A program made the translations under genes and the position numbers. Source: Calditrichota bacterium (GTDB lineage: Bacteria > Zhuqueibacterota > JdFR-76 > BMS3Abin05). From it: a DNA stretch of 64,000 bases. The stretch is from the NCBI GenBank assembly GCA_013151735.1, contig JAADHR010000199.1:82091-146090 (forward strand). Reading direction: 5' to 3'. Each line of letters starts with the position of its first letter. Position 1 is the first letter of the stretch. Shown in pieces: positions 1 through 9,179 of this stretch. The notes under the pieces were generated by a model. The model saw only the letters and a list, made by a program, of their open reading frames with translations. It was not told the origin of the DNA and made no database searches.

Positions 1-123
1 GGTGTGCCCTACAAACCGCTGCTCCAACCCATTTTGGACCACAAAAAATTGTTGGTCGATTTGCCGGATCACAAGGACATTCGCGCCTACGTACTGAAGC
101 AATTACAATTCTTTCAAATGTAG
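1..123 (+). CDS. C-terminal fragment of a gene entering from the left edge; possibly nicotinate phosphoribosyltransferase
   Basis: Frame 1 is open from base 1 to TAG at 121-123 (GVPYKPLLQPILDHKKLLVDLPDHKDIRAYVLKQLQFFQM). It resembles the LL.P....KL..DLP....IR.YV..QL tail of NAPRTases, but only 40 aa are visible. Confidence 0.35.
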   Translation, partial: GVPYKPLLQPILDHKKLLVDLPDHKDIRAYVLKQLQFFQM

Positions 124-217
124 AGTAGAATATTCAAAAGGAGGGCTTCAAATCTCAAGAATTGGTACACCTTAGCAGCCGCCCGAAAGAATACACCAAT
201 TGAGGAGGTACAGTACC

Positions 218-781
218 ATGAAAAACAACACAGCCAATCAAATCTTGAGAATAAGCCTGGCCTTGGGATTTCTGGTTTTTGCCGCCCATCTTTGGGCCCA
301 GGGAATCCCGCGGAAAGCTAAAATTGCCCTTGTGTCGTTCGATTCCCGAAAGGATTGGAACCCTGCCACGACATCCGGGTTGAAGCAGGCACTGGAGGAA
401 ACGGGTTGGGTTCAGATTGTTGATTTCGAAAATTCTCCCGATTTTGTTTTTTTCATTCGTCACGCGGATACGAACACACTTCATTCCGATCTCACAGTTT
501 TTTCCGTTGCCTTCATGCAATCGCTTCCGGCTCCCTGGTTGGACGAGTTGGCGAAAGAGGAAATTTCTTACAAACTCATGCCGGCATTTAGAAATAAAAA
601 ATTACCCAAAAACGGCAAATTCGTGCGGGAGTACGTCACGCGAGAAATGTGGAAAGAATATCGCTATTTGCTCGATTTGAGAACCTACGCGTTTAAGAAA
701 AGAGAAGCGCCAACTTATTGGAAACAGGTTGCCAGTGACGGCCTGGCGGCTGTTTCACGCGTTTACCGAGTTCAGAAATAG
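218..781 (+). CDS. hypothetical exported protein
   Basis: GAGGAGG RBS at 202-208 precedes ATG 218. The N-terminus looks like a signal peptide (RISLALGFLVFAAHLWA-Q). No family recognised. Confidence 0.7.
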   Translation: MKNNTANQILRISLALGFLVFAAHLWAQGIPRKAKIALVSFDSRKDWNPATTSGLKQALEETGWVQIVDFENSPDFVFFIRHADTNTLHSDLTVFSVAFMQSLPAPWLDELAKEEISYKLMPAFRNKKLPKNGKFVREYVTREMWKEYRYLLDLRTYAFKKREAPTYWKQVASDGLAAVSRVYRVQK

Positions 782-997
782 CTAAAATCCCGGGCGGCTG
801 GCTAAGGATTGGGGAGTTTTAAAAGAATCCTTGTTTTTCTGTCGAAAAAATGACTCCCAAAAATGAAAGACCGATTCAGGCCCTTTAAGTTATTCAAAAC
901 CTGTCAGATCTGTGGCTGAGGTGTTTAAAACGATTTAAAAATGTAAGAAAGGATCAATGTTGCCTACAAAAACCAGCTTGAGTCCAGGAAATAAATC

Positions 998-1828
998 ATG
1001 CTAAAATTTTTTAAAAATTACCTCCAGAATTCCAGGAAAATTCTACACTCTTATGACAATCATTTGAAAAGAAAGGAAAATATTTATCTCAAAGATCGTT
1101 TGGAACAGGAATTTTACGACACAGAGGCAAAGAAATTCTTGGCCAATTTTGATGAGGCGCTTTTTCGATATGATGAGAATGAACCCATGCCTGCGAGCCA
1201 TCGTTTTTTCTATTCCCTATTTTCTGAAATTCGGAATAGAAGAATTTTGGATATTGGCTGTGGTCATGGATTTACATCTGTTCGGCTGGCAAAACAAGGG
1301 GCAGACGTTTACGGAATTGATATTTCTCCAAAAATGATTGAATTGGCCCGACGGAATGCAGCGTTTAATCATGTCAGTGACAAGGTCACTTTTCAGGTAA
1401 TGTCTGCTCAGGAAATGGATTTTGATTCGGATTTTTTTGATTGGGTGATAGGTTTGGGTGTTTTACATCATCTGAATCTGGAATTGGGAGGGAAGGAAAT
1501 TTTTCGGGTTTTAAAAAAAGGAGGTAAGGCTCTGTTTATAGAACCTCGAATTCCGTTTAAGGAACTTATTTTTTTAAGGAGCCTTTTTCCAGTAAAATGC
1601 CTCGAATCACCAGGCGGTTCTCAATTAACAGACAAAGAAATCCGGGAACTCGGGAAGCGTTTTTCCTTAACCCAGATAAACTATTTCCTGTTCTTACGAA
1701 AGTTGAGTCGATTGCCATTTTTGGGAAAATATGCTGAGACACTCGAGAAAATTGATCAAAAAATGATCGAAAGAATGCCCTTTCTGTATAAATTTTACTG
1801 GGCCTTTGTGGTACAATTTACAAAATGA
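998..1828 (+). CDS. class I SAM-dependent methyltransferase
   Basis: Motif I ILDIGCGHG, followed by VYGIDISPKMI and FDWVIGLGVLHHL. Confidence 0.9.
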   Translation: MLKFFKNYLQNSRKILHSYDNHLKRKENIYLKDRLEQEFYDTEAKKFLANFDEALFRYDENEPMPASHRFFYSLFSEIRNRRILDIGCGHGFTSVRLAKQGADVYGIDISPKMIELARRNAAFNHVSDKVTFQVMSAQEMDFDSDFFDWVIGLGVLHHLNLELGGKEIFRVLKKGGKALFIEPRIPFKELIFLRSLFPVKCLESPGGSQLTDKEIRELGKRFSLTQINYFLFLRKLSRLPFLGKYAETLEKIDQKMIERMPFLYKFYWAFVVQFTK

Positions 1829-1877
1829 GCTGCAACGAAGATAAATAACAAAAAGAAGTAAGGGCCCCGCTGTTCGC

Positions 1878-1948
1878 CGGTTGCTTCGACAGGCTCAGCA
1901 ACCGGTAAGGCCAAGGGCATTGAGCCTGTCGAAATGCCCGGAGTAAAA
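1878..1948 (+). repeat. 71-bp REP-like double-hairpin repeat, copy 1
   Basis: cggttgcttcgacaggctcagcaaccgg...gggcattgagcctgtcgaaatgcccggagtaaaa; 67/71 identical to 2280-2350 (counted by hand). Confidence 0.95.
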
Positions 1949-1960
1949 AGGTGAATGCCA

Positions 1961-2278
1961 ATGAGCAAAGGCTATATGTACATTCTGGAATGTGCGGATG
2001 GCACGTATTATACTGGCAGCACCAAGGATTTGGAAAGAAGACTGTGGGAGCATCAAAATTCGATCGGTGCTAATTATACGAAGAAAAGACTGCCGGTGAA
2101 ATTGGTTTACTATGAAGAATATAACAGAATTGACGAAGCATTTTATCGCGAAAAACAAGTGCAGGGCTGGAGTCGGAAAAAGAAACGGGCATTGATAGAA
2201 GAAAGGCAGCAGGATTTGCCTCTTTTATCCAAAAATTACACGCAGTTTGGAAAAACAGATACTGCAGAAAAGATGTAA
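1961..2278 (+). CDS. GIY-YIG nuclease family protein (small, UPF0213/YhbQ-like)
   Basis: GYMYILECADGTYYTGSTKDLERRLWEH...EAFYREKQVQGWSRKKKRALI has the GIY-YIG motif plus the catalytic Arg and Glu. Alternative start at 1955. Confidence 0.92.
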   Translation: MSKGYMYILECADGTYYTGSTKDLERRLWEHQNSIGANYTKKRLPVKLVYYEEYNRIDEAFYREKQVQGWSRKKKRALIEERQQDLPLLSKNYTQFGKTDTAEKM

Positions 2279-2279
2279 G

Positions 2280-2350
2280 CGGTTGCTTCGACAGGCTCAG
2301 CAACCGGCGAGGCTAAGGGCATTGAGCTTGTCGAAATGCCCGGAGTAAAA
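2280..2350 (+). repeat. 71-bp REP-like double-hairpin repeat, copy 2
   Basis: Direct repeat of 1878-1948 with 4 mismatches, starting 2 nt after the GIY-YIG stop codon. Confidence 0.95.
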
Positions 2351-2373
2351 TAGAGTGCGAGAAAAAGTGCGAG

Positions 2374-2400
2374 CGATTACTTTGGCAAGCTCAGTGACCG
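2374..2400 (+). repeat. degenerate single-hairpin copy of the same repeat family
   Basis: cgattac-tttggcaagctca-gtgaccg: the loop resembles ttcgacaggctca and the flanking stem is imperfect. Confidence 0.55.
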
Positions 2401-2448
2401 GTAATAATTAACCGCCATTCCGGTGAATGTAAAAGACCAAAGAATCCC

Positions 2449-2877
2449 ATGAAAAACACGATTCCTCGGTACCAATTTTTCGAACACACCGGCGATATGG
2501 GGCTGGAGGTTCTGGCCTCTTCGCTGAATGAACTGTTCGAATGGGCCGCCCGCGGCCTGACGGCTGTCCTGACGGAGCCCGAAACCGTTCAGCCGAAAGC
2601 GGAGCGGAACTTTTCACTCCGGGCTGATCAGTTAGACGAATTGCTCATTCGGTGGCTGAACCGGTTGAATTTCGAGTTTGAAACGGAGGGCTGGCTGTTT
2701 GCCGAGTTTCGGGTGCAGGTGAAGGAGGATTTTTCCCTGCACGCCGCAGCGCGCGGGGAACCTTTCGACCCCCAGCGGCATGAAATTCTTCGGGAGATTA
2801 AAGCGGCGACCTACCACCAATTGGTGGTAGAAAAGCGTGATGGGGTTTGGTACGCGCGTATCATTTTCGATCTTTAG
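2449..2877 (+). CDS. archease
   Basis: N-terminal EHTGD and C-terminal EIKAATYHQL...ARIIFDL archease motifs; sits directly upstream of rtcB. Confidence 0.95.
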   Translation: MKNTIPRYQFFEHTGDMGLEVLASSLNELFEWAARGLTAVLTEPETVQPKAERNFSLRADQLDELLIRWLNRLNFEFETEGWLFAEFRVQVKEDFSLHAAARGEPFDPQRHEILREIKAATYHQLVVEKRDGVWYARIIFDL

Positions 2878-2906
2878 ATTGGGTCCCAGTTAAATCTTAA
2901 ATCCAG

Positions 2907-2936
2907 CCTTGCGAAGGTTTCAAAACCTTCGCAAGG
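2907..2936. repeat. perfect 14-bp-arm palindrome (REP-like) between archease and rtcB
   Basis: ccttgcgaaggttt-ca-aaaccttcgcaagg. Confidence 0.85.
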
Positions 2937-2967
2937 TTGATCATTCGCGCAAAAAAGGAGGAGAACG

Positions 2968-4401
2968 ATGGAATTCAAGAAAATCCGCGATTACGTCTGG
3001 GAGATCCCCCGCGAGGGGAAAATGCGGGTTCCCGGGCGGATTTACGCCTCTGAGAAAATGCTGCGCGAGATTCAATCGGACGAGAGTCCGAAACAGGTCA
3101 TGAATGTGGCGCATCTTCCGGGAATCGTAAAATACTCGCTGGCCATGCCGGACATCCACTGGGGCTACGGATTTCCCATCGGTGGGGTGGCCGCTTTTGA
3201 CGTGAAGAACGGTATCATTTCGCCCGGCGGCGTGGGGTACGACATCAACTGCGGCGTGCGTCTGCTGCGTTCCAATCTCACCCGCGAAGATGTGCAGCCC
3301 AAAATTCGTGATCTGGTGGCTGCCATTTTTGCCCGTGTGCCCTCCGGGGTGGGGTCTAAAGGGCCGCTTAAACTGAGCGATTCAGATGGGCGTAACGTAC
3401 TGGTGAAGGGTGCGCGTTGGGCGGTTGAAAAAGGTTTTGGTTCGGAAGACGATCTGGAGTTCATTGAAGAGCACGGACAAATGCCTCACGCCGACCCAGC
3501 AGCCGTGAGTGCTGAAGCCTACACGCGCGGCCGCCCTCAACTGGGCACCATCGGTTCCGGTAATCACTTTGTGGAAGTGGATGTGGTGGACGAGATCTAC
3601 GACGAAACCGCTGCCCGGGCGTTTGGTCTGTTTCCGGGGCAAATTGCCGTTATTGTCCACACCGGTTCCCGGGGATTTGGCCACCAGGTGTGCGACGATT
3701 CCATTCGGAAAATGCTTCGGGCGTCGGAGAAATACGGCATCGATTTGCCGGATAAACAGTTGTGCTGTGCGCCGTTTCAATCCCCGGAAGGTCAGGAGTA
3801 TTTTGGAGCGATGAATGCAGCGATCAATTACGCCTTTGCGAACCGGCAGGTCATTTCCCAGTGGATTCGTGAAGCTTTCGAAATGGGGCTCGGCCTTTCG
3901 CCCCGCGACATTGGCCTCCAAACGGTGTACGAAGTGGCCCACAACATTGCCAAGCTGGAAACCCACATTGTGGACGGCCAAGAACGTGAATTGGTTGTTC
4001 ACCGGAAGGGAGCCACGCGTGCCTTTGGTCCGGGGCATCCGGCCGTGCCGGAGGCGTATCGGGATGTGGGACAGCCGGTTCTCATCCCCGGAGACATGGG
4101 GCGGTACTCCTTTGTTCTGGTGGGTACCCGGCAAGCTATGGAGGAAACGTTCGGCTCTTCCTGCCACGGAGCCGGTCGACGAATGAGCCGCCACCAGGCG
4201 AAAAAAACAGCAAAGGGGCGTGCCATTCACCGGGAGCTGGAGGACCGCGGCATCTATTCCATGGCGGCCAGCCGGGCAACGATGGTAGAAGAAATCCCGG
4301 AAGCCTACAAGGACGTAGCCGATGTGGTGGATGCGGTGGAAGGCGCGGGCATTGCCCGGAAAGTGGCCAAGTTGGTACCGATTGGCGTGGTTAAAGGATA
4401 A
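2968..4401 (+). CDS. rtcB: RtcB-family RNA ligase (3'-phosphate/5'-OH), archaeal/eukaryote-like subtype
   Basis: Motifs PDIHWGYGFPIG, GYDINCGVRL, GSGNHFVE, HTGSRG, HNIAK, HRKGATRA and SCHGAGR (guanylylated His) are all intact. Confidence 0.97.
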   Translation: MEFKKIRDYVWEIPREGKMRVPGRIYASEKMLREIQSDESPKQVMNVAHLPGIVKYSLAMPDIHWGYGFPIGGVAAFDVKNGIISPGGVGYDINCGVRLLRSNLTREDVQPKIRDLVAAIFARVPSGVGSKGPLKLSDSDGRNVLVKGARWAVEKGFGSEDDLEFIEEHGQMPHADPAAVSAEAYTRGRPQLGTIGSGNHFVEVDVVDEIYDETAARAFGLFPGQIAVIVHTGSRGFGHQVCDDSIRKMLRASEKYGIDLPDKQLCCAPFQSPEGQEYFGAMNAAINYAFANRQVISQWIREAFEMGLGLSPRDIGLQTVYEVAHNIAKLETHIVDGQERELVVHRKGATRAFGPGHPAVPEAYRDVGQPVLIPGDMGRYSFVLVGTRQAMEETFGSSCHGAGRRMSRHQAKKTAKGRAIHRELEDRGIYSMAASRATMVEEIPEAYKDVADVVDAVEGAGIARKVAKLVPIGVVKG

Positions 4402-4551
4402 GTGCGGTCTTTTGTAGAGGATAAAAACGGCCCGGCTTTTCTTCCGGAATTCAGCATGGGAAAGGGTTCACAACCCAAAAATGAAAAAAAATAGGACACC
4501 CCGGCTGTTAGGCGTTTCTGCAAAAATATTGTTGCAATCCCAAAATTTTTC

Positions 4552-4580
4552 TTGACATCTTTGGAAAATATTCTTACAAT
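4552..4580 (+). promoter_or_regulatory. sigma70-type promoter for ssb
   Basis: TTGACA (4552-4557), 17-bp spacer, TACAAT (4575-4580); AGGAGGG RBS at 4614-4620. Confidence 0.75.
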
Positions 4581-4625
4581 TGAATGTCATCTTGCATTTC
4601 ATTAAACCCAGTAAGGAGGGGAAAA

Positions 4626-5042
4626 ATGGCGAACGGAGTAAACAAAGTAATCCTAATTGGCAACCTTGGAAAAGACCCGGAATTGCGGTACACTCCCAAT
4701 GGAACCGCGGTGGCGAGTTTTAGCATCGCGACCAATGAGCGCTGGAAAGACAAAGAGGGAAATTTTCAGGATCACACAGAATGGCACCGCATTGTAGCCT
4801 GGCGGAAACTGGCAGAAACGGTTGGCGAGTACCTGAAAAAAGGCAGCCAGGTGTACATTGAGGGTCGACTCCGAACCCGGACCTGGGAAGATCAGAATGG
4901 AAACAAACGAACCACGACGGAAATTGTAGCTGATTCTTTGCAAATGCTGGGCAGGCGTGAAGGCGTTTCTTCTTCTGATGTGGCGGCGTCCCCCACGGCA
5001 TCGGATGACGAAATGGCCGCATCGGATGATTTACCATTTTGA
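4626..5042 (+). CDS. ssb: single-stranded DNA-binding protein
   Basis: [28 protein letters not shown] and acidic C-terminal DDLPF; ATG 4626 follows the RBS. Confidence 0.97.
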   Translation: MANGVNKVILIGNLGKDPELRYTPNGTAVASFSIATNERWKDKEGNFQDHTEWHRIVAWRKLAETVGEYLKKGSQVYIEGRLRTRTWEDQNGNKRTTTEIVADSLQMLGRREGVSSSDVAASPTASDDEMAASDDLPF

Positions 5043-5068
5043 GTAAATGATGATCGCATTCCCAAAAG

Positions 5069-5101
5069 AATCCGAGGCTGATTAAACCTCGGATTTTTTT
5101 T
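5069..5101 (+). terminator. intrinsic terminator after ssb
   Basis: aatccgagg-9 nt loop-cctcggatt followed by a T-run. Confidence 0.75.
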
Positions 5102-5123
5102 GGCTGAAAAGAAAGAGGCTTTC

Positions 5124-5519
5124 ATGACACCAAAAAACTTGATCCAAAAAGCAAAAGACGCCCAAAAAGAAGCAATCGCACCCTATTCGAACTTTAATGT
5201 GGGCGCAGCTCTTTTGACTAAATCCGGTAAGGTTTACAGCGGCATTAACATCGAGTCCAGTTCGTACAGCCTGACCATTTGTGCCGAGCGTGTGGCCCTT
5301 TTCAAGGCCCTTTCAGAGGGGGAACGGGATTTTGATTCCATCGCAATTGTTACGGATGCCGATGAATTGTGTCCCCCGTGCGGGGCGTGCCGTCAGGTTT
5401 TGTGGGATTTTGCCCCGGACCTGAAAGTAATCCTGGCCAATAAAAAAGGGGATGTGAAAGAATACGAACTGCGGGAGTTGTTTCCCGCCGCATTTGATCA
5501 GAATTTTTTGGACCGATAA
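5124..5519 (+). CDS. cdd: cytidine deaminase (homotetrameric type)
   Basis: APYSNFNVGAAL, CAERVA and PCGACRQ zinc motifs. Confidence 0.95.
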   Translation: MTPKNLIQKAKDAQKEAIAPYSNFNVGAALLTKSGKVYSGINIESSSYSLTICAERVALFKALSEGERDFDSIAIVTDADELCPPCGACRQVLWDFAPDLKVILANKKGDVKEYELRELFPAAFDQNFLDR

Positions 5520-5535
5520 CCCATCAGAGGAAAAT

Positions 5536-6168
5536 GTGAAGAAACGAATTTTGATTGGAATTGCCGGGGGAACCGGCTCCGGAAAAACATTGGTTGCCAA
5601 AAACCTCTTTCGCGATTTGGGTTCCGATCGCGTGGTTATTCTTCAGCAAGACGCCTACTACAAAAACCTGTCTCATCTTCCGTTTGAGGAACGGGCCAAG
5701 CAAAATTTTGACCACCCGGATGCCATCGACTCCGACCTGCTGCTTCGTCATATAAAAGACCTGTTGGCCGGAAAAACGATTCAACAGCCCATTTACGACT
5801 TTACCATTCACCTGAGAAAAAACGAAACCCGGGAAATTGGCGGGCATGATATTATTATTTTGGAAGGCATTCTCATTCTTTACAATCCGGAACTCCGCAA
5901 TTTAATGGACATTAAAGTGTATGTGGACACCGATGCGGACATTCGGTTTATCCGGCGCCTTATGCGGGATACGAAAGAGCGCGGCCGCAGCATGGAATCG
6001 GTGGTTCGGCAATATAAAGAAAGCGTTCGCCCCATGCACCTTCAGTTTGTGGAGCCTACAAAGCGGTACGCCGACATCATTATTCCGGAAGGGGGAATGA
6101 ATTTTGTCGCCATTGATATTCTACGGGCAAAGATCGCCGCACTTTTAACAGAGTTGGAGGAAAAATAG
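5536..6168 (+). CDS. udk: uridine kinase
   Basis: IGIAGGTGSGKT P-loop, NFDHPDA, IIILEGIL and FVEPTKRYADIIIP; probable GTG start at 5536. Confidence 0.95.
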   Translation: MKKRILIGIAGGTGSGKTLVAKNLFRDLGSDRVVILQQDAYYKNLSHLPFEERAKQNFDHPDAIDSDLLLRHIKDLLAGKTIQQPIYDFTIHLRKNETREIGGHDIIILEGILILYNPELRNLMDIKVYVDTDADIRFIRRLMRDTKERGRSMESVVRQYKESVRPMHLQFVEPTKRYADIIIPEGGMNFVAIDILRAKIAALLTELEEK

Positions 6169-6228
6169 AGGCGTTTTCCGGGTGTGCTAAACCCCCGAAA
6201 ATCGCCCGGCTTCGGAAGTCAGGTCATC

Positions 6229-9013
6229 ATGATTCAGTCCATTGTGATCCGGGGAGCACGGGTACACAACCTCAAGAATATTACACTAAACTTACCCCGG
6301 AATGCGTTCATCGTCGTAACCGGCGTTTCCGGTTCCGGGAAATCCAGCCTGGCATTTGACACGCTTTATGCGGAAGGACAGCGCCGTTATGTGGAATCCC
6401 TTTCCGCGTACGCCCGGCAATTTCTGGAACGGATGGACAAACCCGATGTGGATGAAATCAGCGGGATCTCGCCGGCAATTGCCGTTGAACAGAAAAATAC
6501 GGTGCGAACCTCCCGATCCACCGTCGGAACGGCCACGGAAATCTACGATTATCTTCGTCTCCTGTTTGCCCGGGTCGGGAAAACCATCTGTCCCGTCTGC
6601 CAGATTGAAGTCAAACCGTACACGCGTCAGGCCATTTTTCAACTTTTGGTATCCCGCCATCTGGGAAAAACGGCCTTAGTCGGATTTAAATTTTCACCTC
6701 CGGAAAACCAGTCGGCTTTAGACTACCGAAGTTGGCTGATCCAAAATGGCTTTCACCGGGTTTGGGTCGATGGAAAACCGCTGCGCCTCCGGGATGTGAA
6801 GAATTTCCCGCCGGAGTGTGTCCAGTGGGATGTTCTGGTGGATCGTCTGCCGATTCAGACGACAGCCGAATCGCGGTGGATGGAATCCTTGGAGCTGGCT
6901 TTGGAGTTTGGACGCGGCACCGTGAGTATTCAGGTGGAAGACGGATTGTCCTACCGGTTTAGTGAAGCACGCAGATGTCCTCGCTGCGGGCGGCTATTTC
7001 CGGAGCCCCAGCCCCGGCTTTTCTCGTTCAACAATCCTTATGGAGCGTGCTCCACCTGCCGCGGTTTTGGGGATGTGATTGGAATCGATTTTGACCGTGT
7101 CGTTCCCAATCCCCAAAAGACCCTCCGCCAGGGGGCCATTGAGCCCTGGAATACCAAATCCAATGCGTACATGCTGGAATGGCTGGAAGAAGTTGCGCCG
7201 ACATTTGGAATTCCGCTGGATGTTCCGTTTGAAGAACTGACTCCCGAACAACGGGAAATTATTTTTAACGGCAGGGGGACATTCCCGGGCATCCGCGGCT
7301 TTTTTAAAGAATTGGAACGGAAGAAATACAAGATTGGTGTTCGGGTGTTTGTGAGCCGGTACCGGGGTTACACCCGATGTCCCGATTGCGGCGGCACCCG
7401 GCTCCGTCCGGAAGCCCTTACTGTTTTTGTGGGGGGAAAACACATCGGCCAAATTGCAGCGATGAGTATCAAAGAGGCCTTTCACTTCCTGAAGGAAACC
7501 AAACTTTCCGAGCAAGAGGCGGCCGTTGCGGGGCAGATCAAAAAGGAAATTCTGAACCGGATGAGCTATTTGTTGGAGGTTGGTCTGGATTACCTGACGC
7601 TCAATCGCCGCTCCTCCACCCTTTCCGGCGGCGAAATGGAGCGCATCCATCTGGCGACGGCCCTGGGGTCGAAGCTTTCCGGCAGTCTGTACATTCTGGA
7701 TGAACCGACCGTGGGACTTCACCCGCGTGATACCCGGCGCCTGATTACCGTATTGAAAGAAATTCGCGATCTCGGAAATACGGTAATTGTTGTGGAGCAT
7801 GACCCGGACGTGATGCGGGAGGCGGATTTTATTGTGGACCTCGGACCCGGTGCCGGCGAAAACGGCGGGGAAATTCTTTACGCAGGGGAGCTCTCCGGGC
7901 TTTTGCATCACCCAAATTCTCCGACCGGTCGGTATTTGGAGGGGGGATCTGGAAATTCCGGTTCCGCAGAAACGCCGAAAAGGATCGGGAGATTTTCTGG
8001 TGGTTAAAAAGGCCCGCGAACACAATCTCAAATCCCTTGATGTCCGATTTCCGCTGGGCGTGTTTTGCGTGGTTACAGGAGTCTCCGGTTCGGGAAAGAG
8101 TACTCTTGTGCACGATGTTCTTTTTGCAGGGCTCCGGAAATTACGCGGCTCATGGAGCGGACACGTGGGGGCGCACGAATCCATTGAGGGGTGGGACAAA
8201 CTGGATGGCGAAATTCTGGTGGATCAATCGCCAATTGGGCGCACACCGCGTTCCAACCCGGCAACCTACCTGAAAGCCTTTGACGGAATTCGTCAGATTT
8301 TTGCCGAAACACGGCTGAGCAAAATCCGGGGGTACAAGCCCGGGCGATTTTCGTTCAACGTTAAGGGCGGGCGCTGTGAGGTGTGTGAAGGGGCCGGAGT
8401 GGTCAAAGTAGACATGCAATTTCTTTCGGACGTTTACCTGACCTGTGAAGCCTGCGGGGGGAATCGGTACACGCGGGACATTCTGGAGGTAACCTTCCGG
8501 GGGAAAACAATCGCTGATGTGCTGGACATGACCGTGGATGAGGCGCTGACGTTTTTTGAAGAATATCCCCGGGTCACGCGGCCGCTTCAGCTGCTGGCAG
8601 ATGTGGGGCTGGGGTACCTTAAGCTGGGCCAACCGGCCACAACGCTTTCGGGCGGTGAAGCCCAACGCATCAAGTTAGCCGCCCATCTTTCAGTGAAAGC
8701 CAATCAACACATCCTCTATATTTTTGATGAACCTACCACCGGATTGCACCCGGCAGACATCTTCAAATTGCTGGGAAGTTTCGATCGTCTTATCGAAGCC
8801 GGCAATTCTGTTTTGGTGATTGAACACAATCTGGACGTCATCAAATCTGCCGATTACATAATTGATCTGGGTCCGGAGGGCGGCGACGCCGGCGGAAAAA
8901 TTGTGGCAGAAGGAACCCCGGAGGAGATCGCCCTGAATCCGCACTCCCACACCGGACATTTTCTGAAAAGCTATTTATCTTCTCCCAAAATCACACAGCA
9001 GATCCGCGCATAG
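6229..9013 (+). pseudogene. uvrA: excinuclease ABC subunit A, split into two ORFs (6184-8007 and 7832-9013) by a +1 frameshift in the G6 run at 7941-7946 (real pseudogene or assembly error)
   Basis: The first ORF carries the first Walker A (GVSGSGKSS), zinc fingers, LSGGE and DEPT. The second carries the second Walker A (GVSGSGKST), LSGGEAQR and DEPT. Removing one G gives continuous ...[21 protein letters not shown]... Confidence 0.9.
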
Positions 9014-9031
9014 AGAAATTTCAAAAAACTC

Positions 9032-9062
9032 TTGACAAATTTAATTTTGTATCGTATATATT
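9032..9062 (+). promoter_or_regulatory. probable sigma70-type promoter for the S8 peptidase
   Basis: TTGACA at 9032-9037 followed by an AT-rich -10 region (TATATA at 17 bp or TATATT at 19 bp spacing). Confidence 0.5.
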
Positions 9063-9179
9063 AAAACCCAAAAATTCGTTCTTTCTCAAAGAAGTGTTTT
9101 TTTCAGTCCAACAAAATGAAATGTCCCCGTAAACGGCATCTAAGACCTGCATTTGAGGGAGGTTTCGGAAGGAGGAACC

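Noticed and set aside
957-1004. 15-codon leader ORF overlapping the methyltransferase start
   Set aside because: Too short to evaluate, with no attenuator structure or informative codon bias.
1878-2400. CRISPR array or integron attC cassette array
   Set aside because: There are only two full repeats, separated by a complete gene rather than 30-40-bp spacers. No integrase or cas genes and no attC RYYYAAC/GTTRRRY boxes.
7941-7946. Programmed ribosomal frameshift in uvrA
   Set aside because: There is no canonical slippery heptamer or evident stimulatory structure, and UvrA is not known to be recoded. A homopolymer indel is the simpler explanation.
6994-8199. 401-aa minus-strand ORF, and similar long antisense ORFs such as 3382-4230, 13509-14171 and 30882-31964
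   Set aside because: They are antisense shadows of well-supported plus-strand genes, with no recognisable motifs or RBS.
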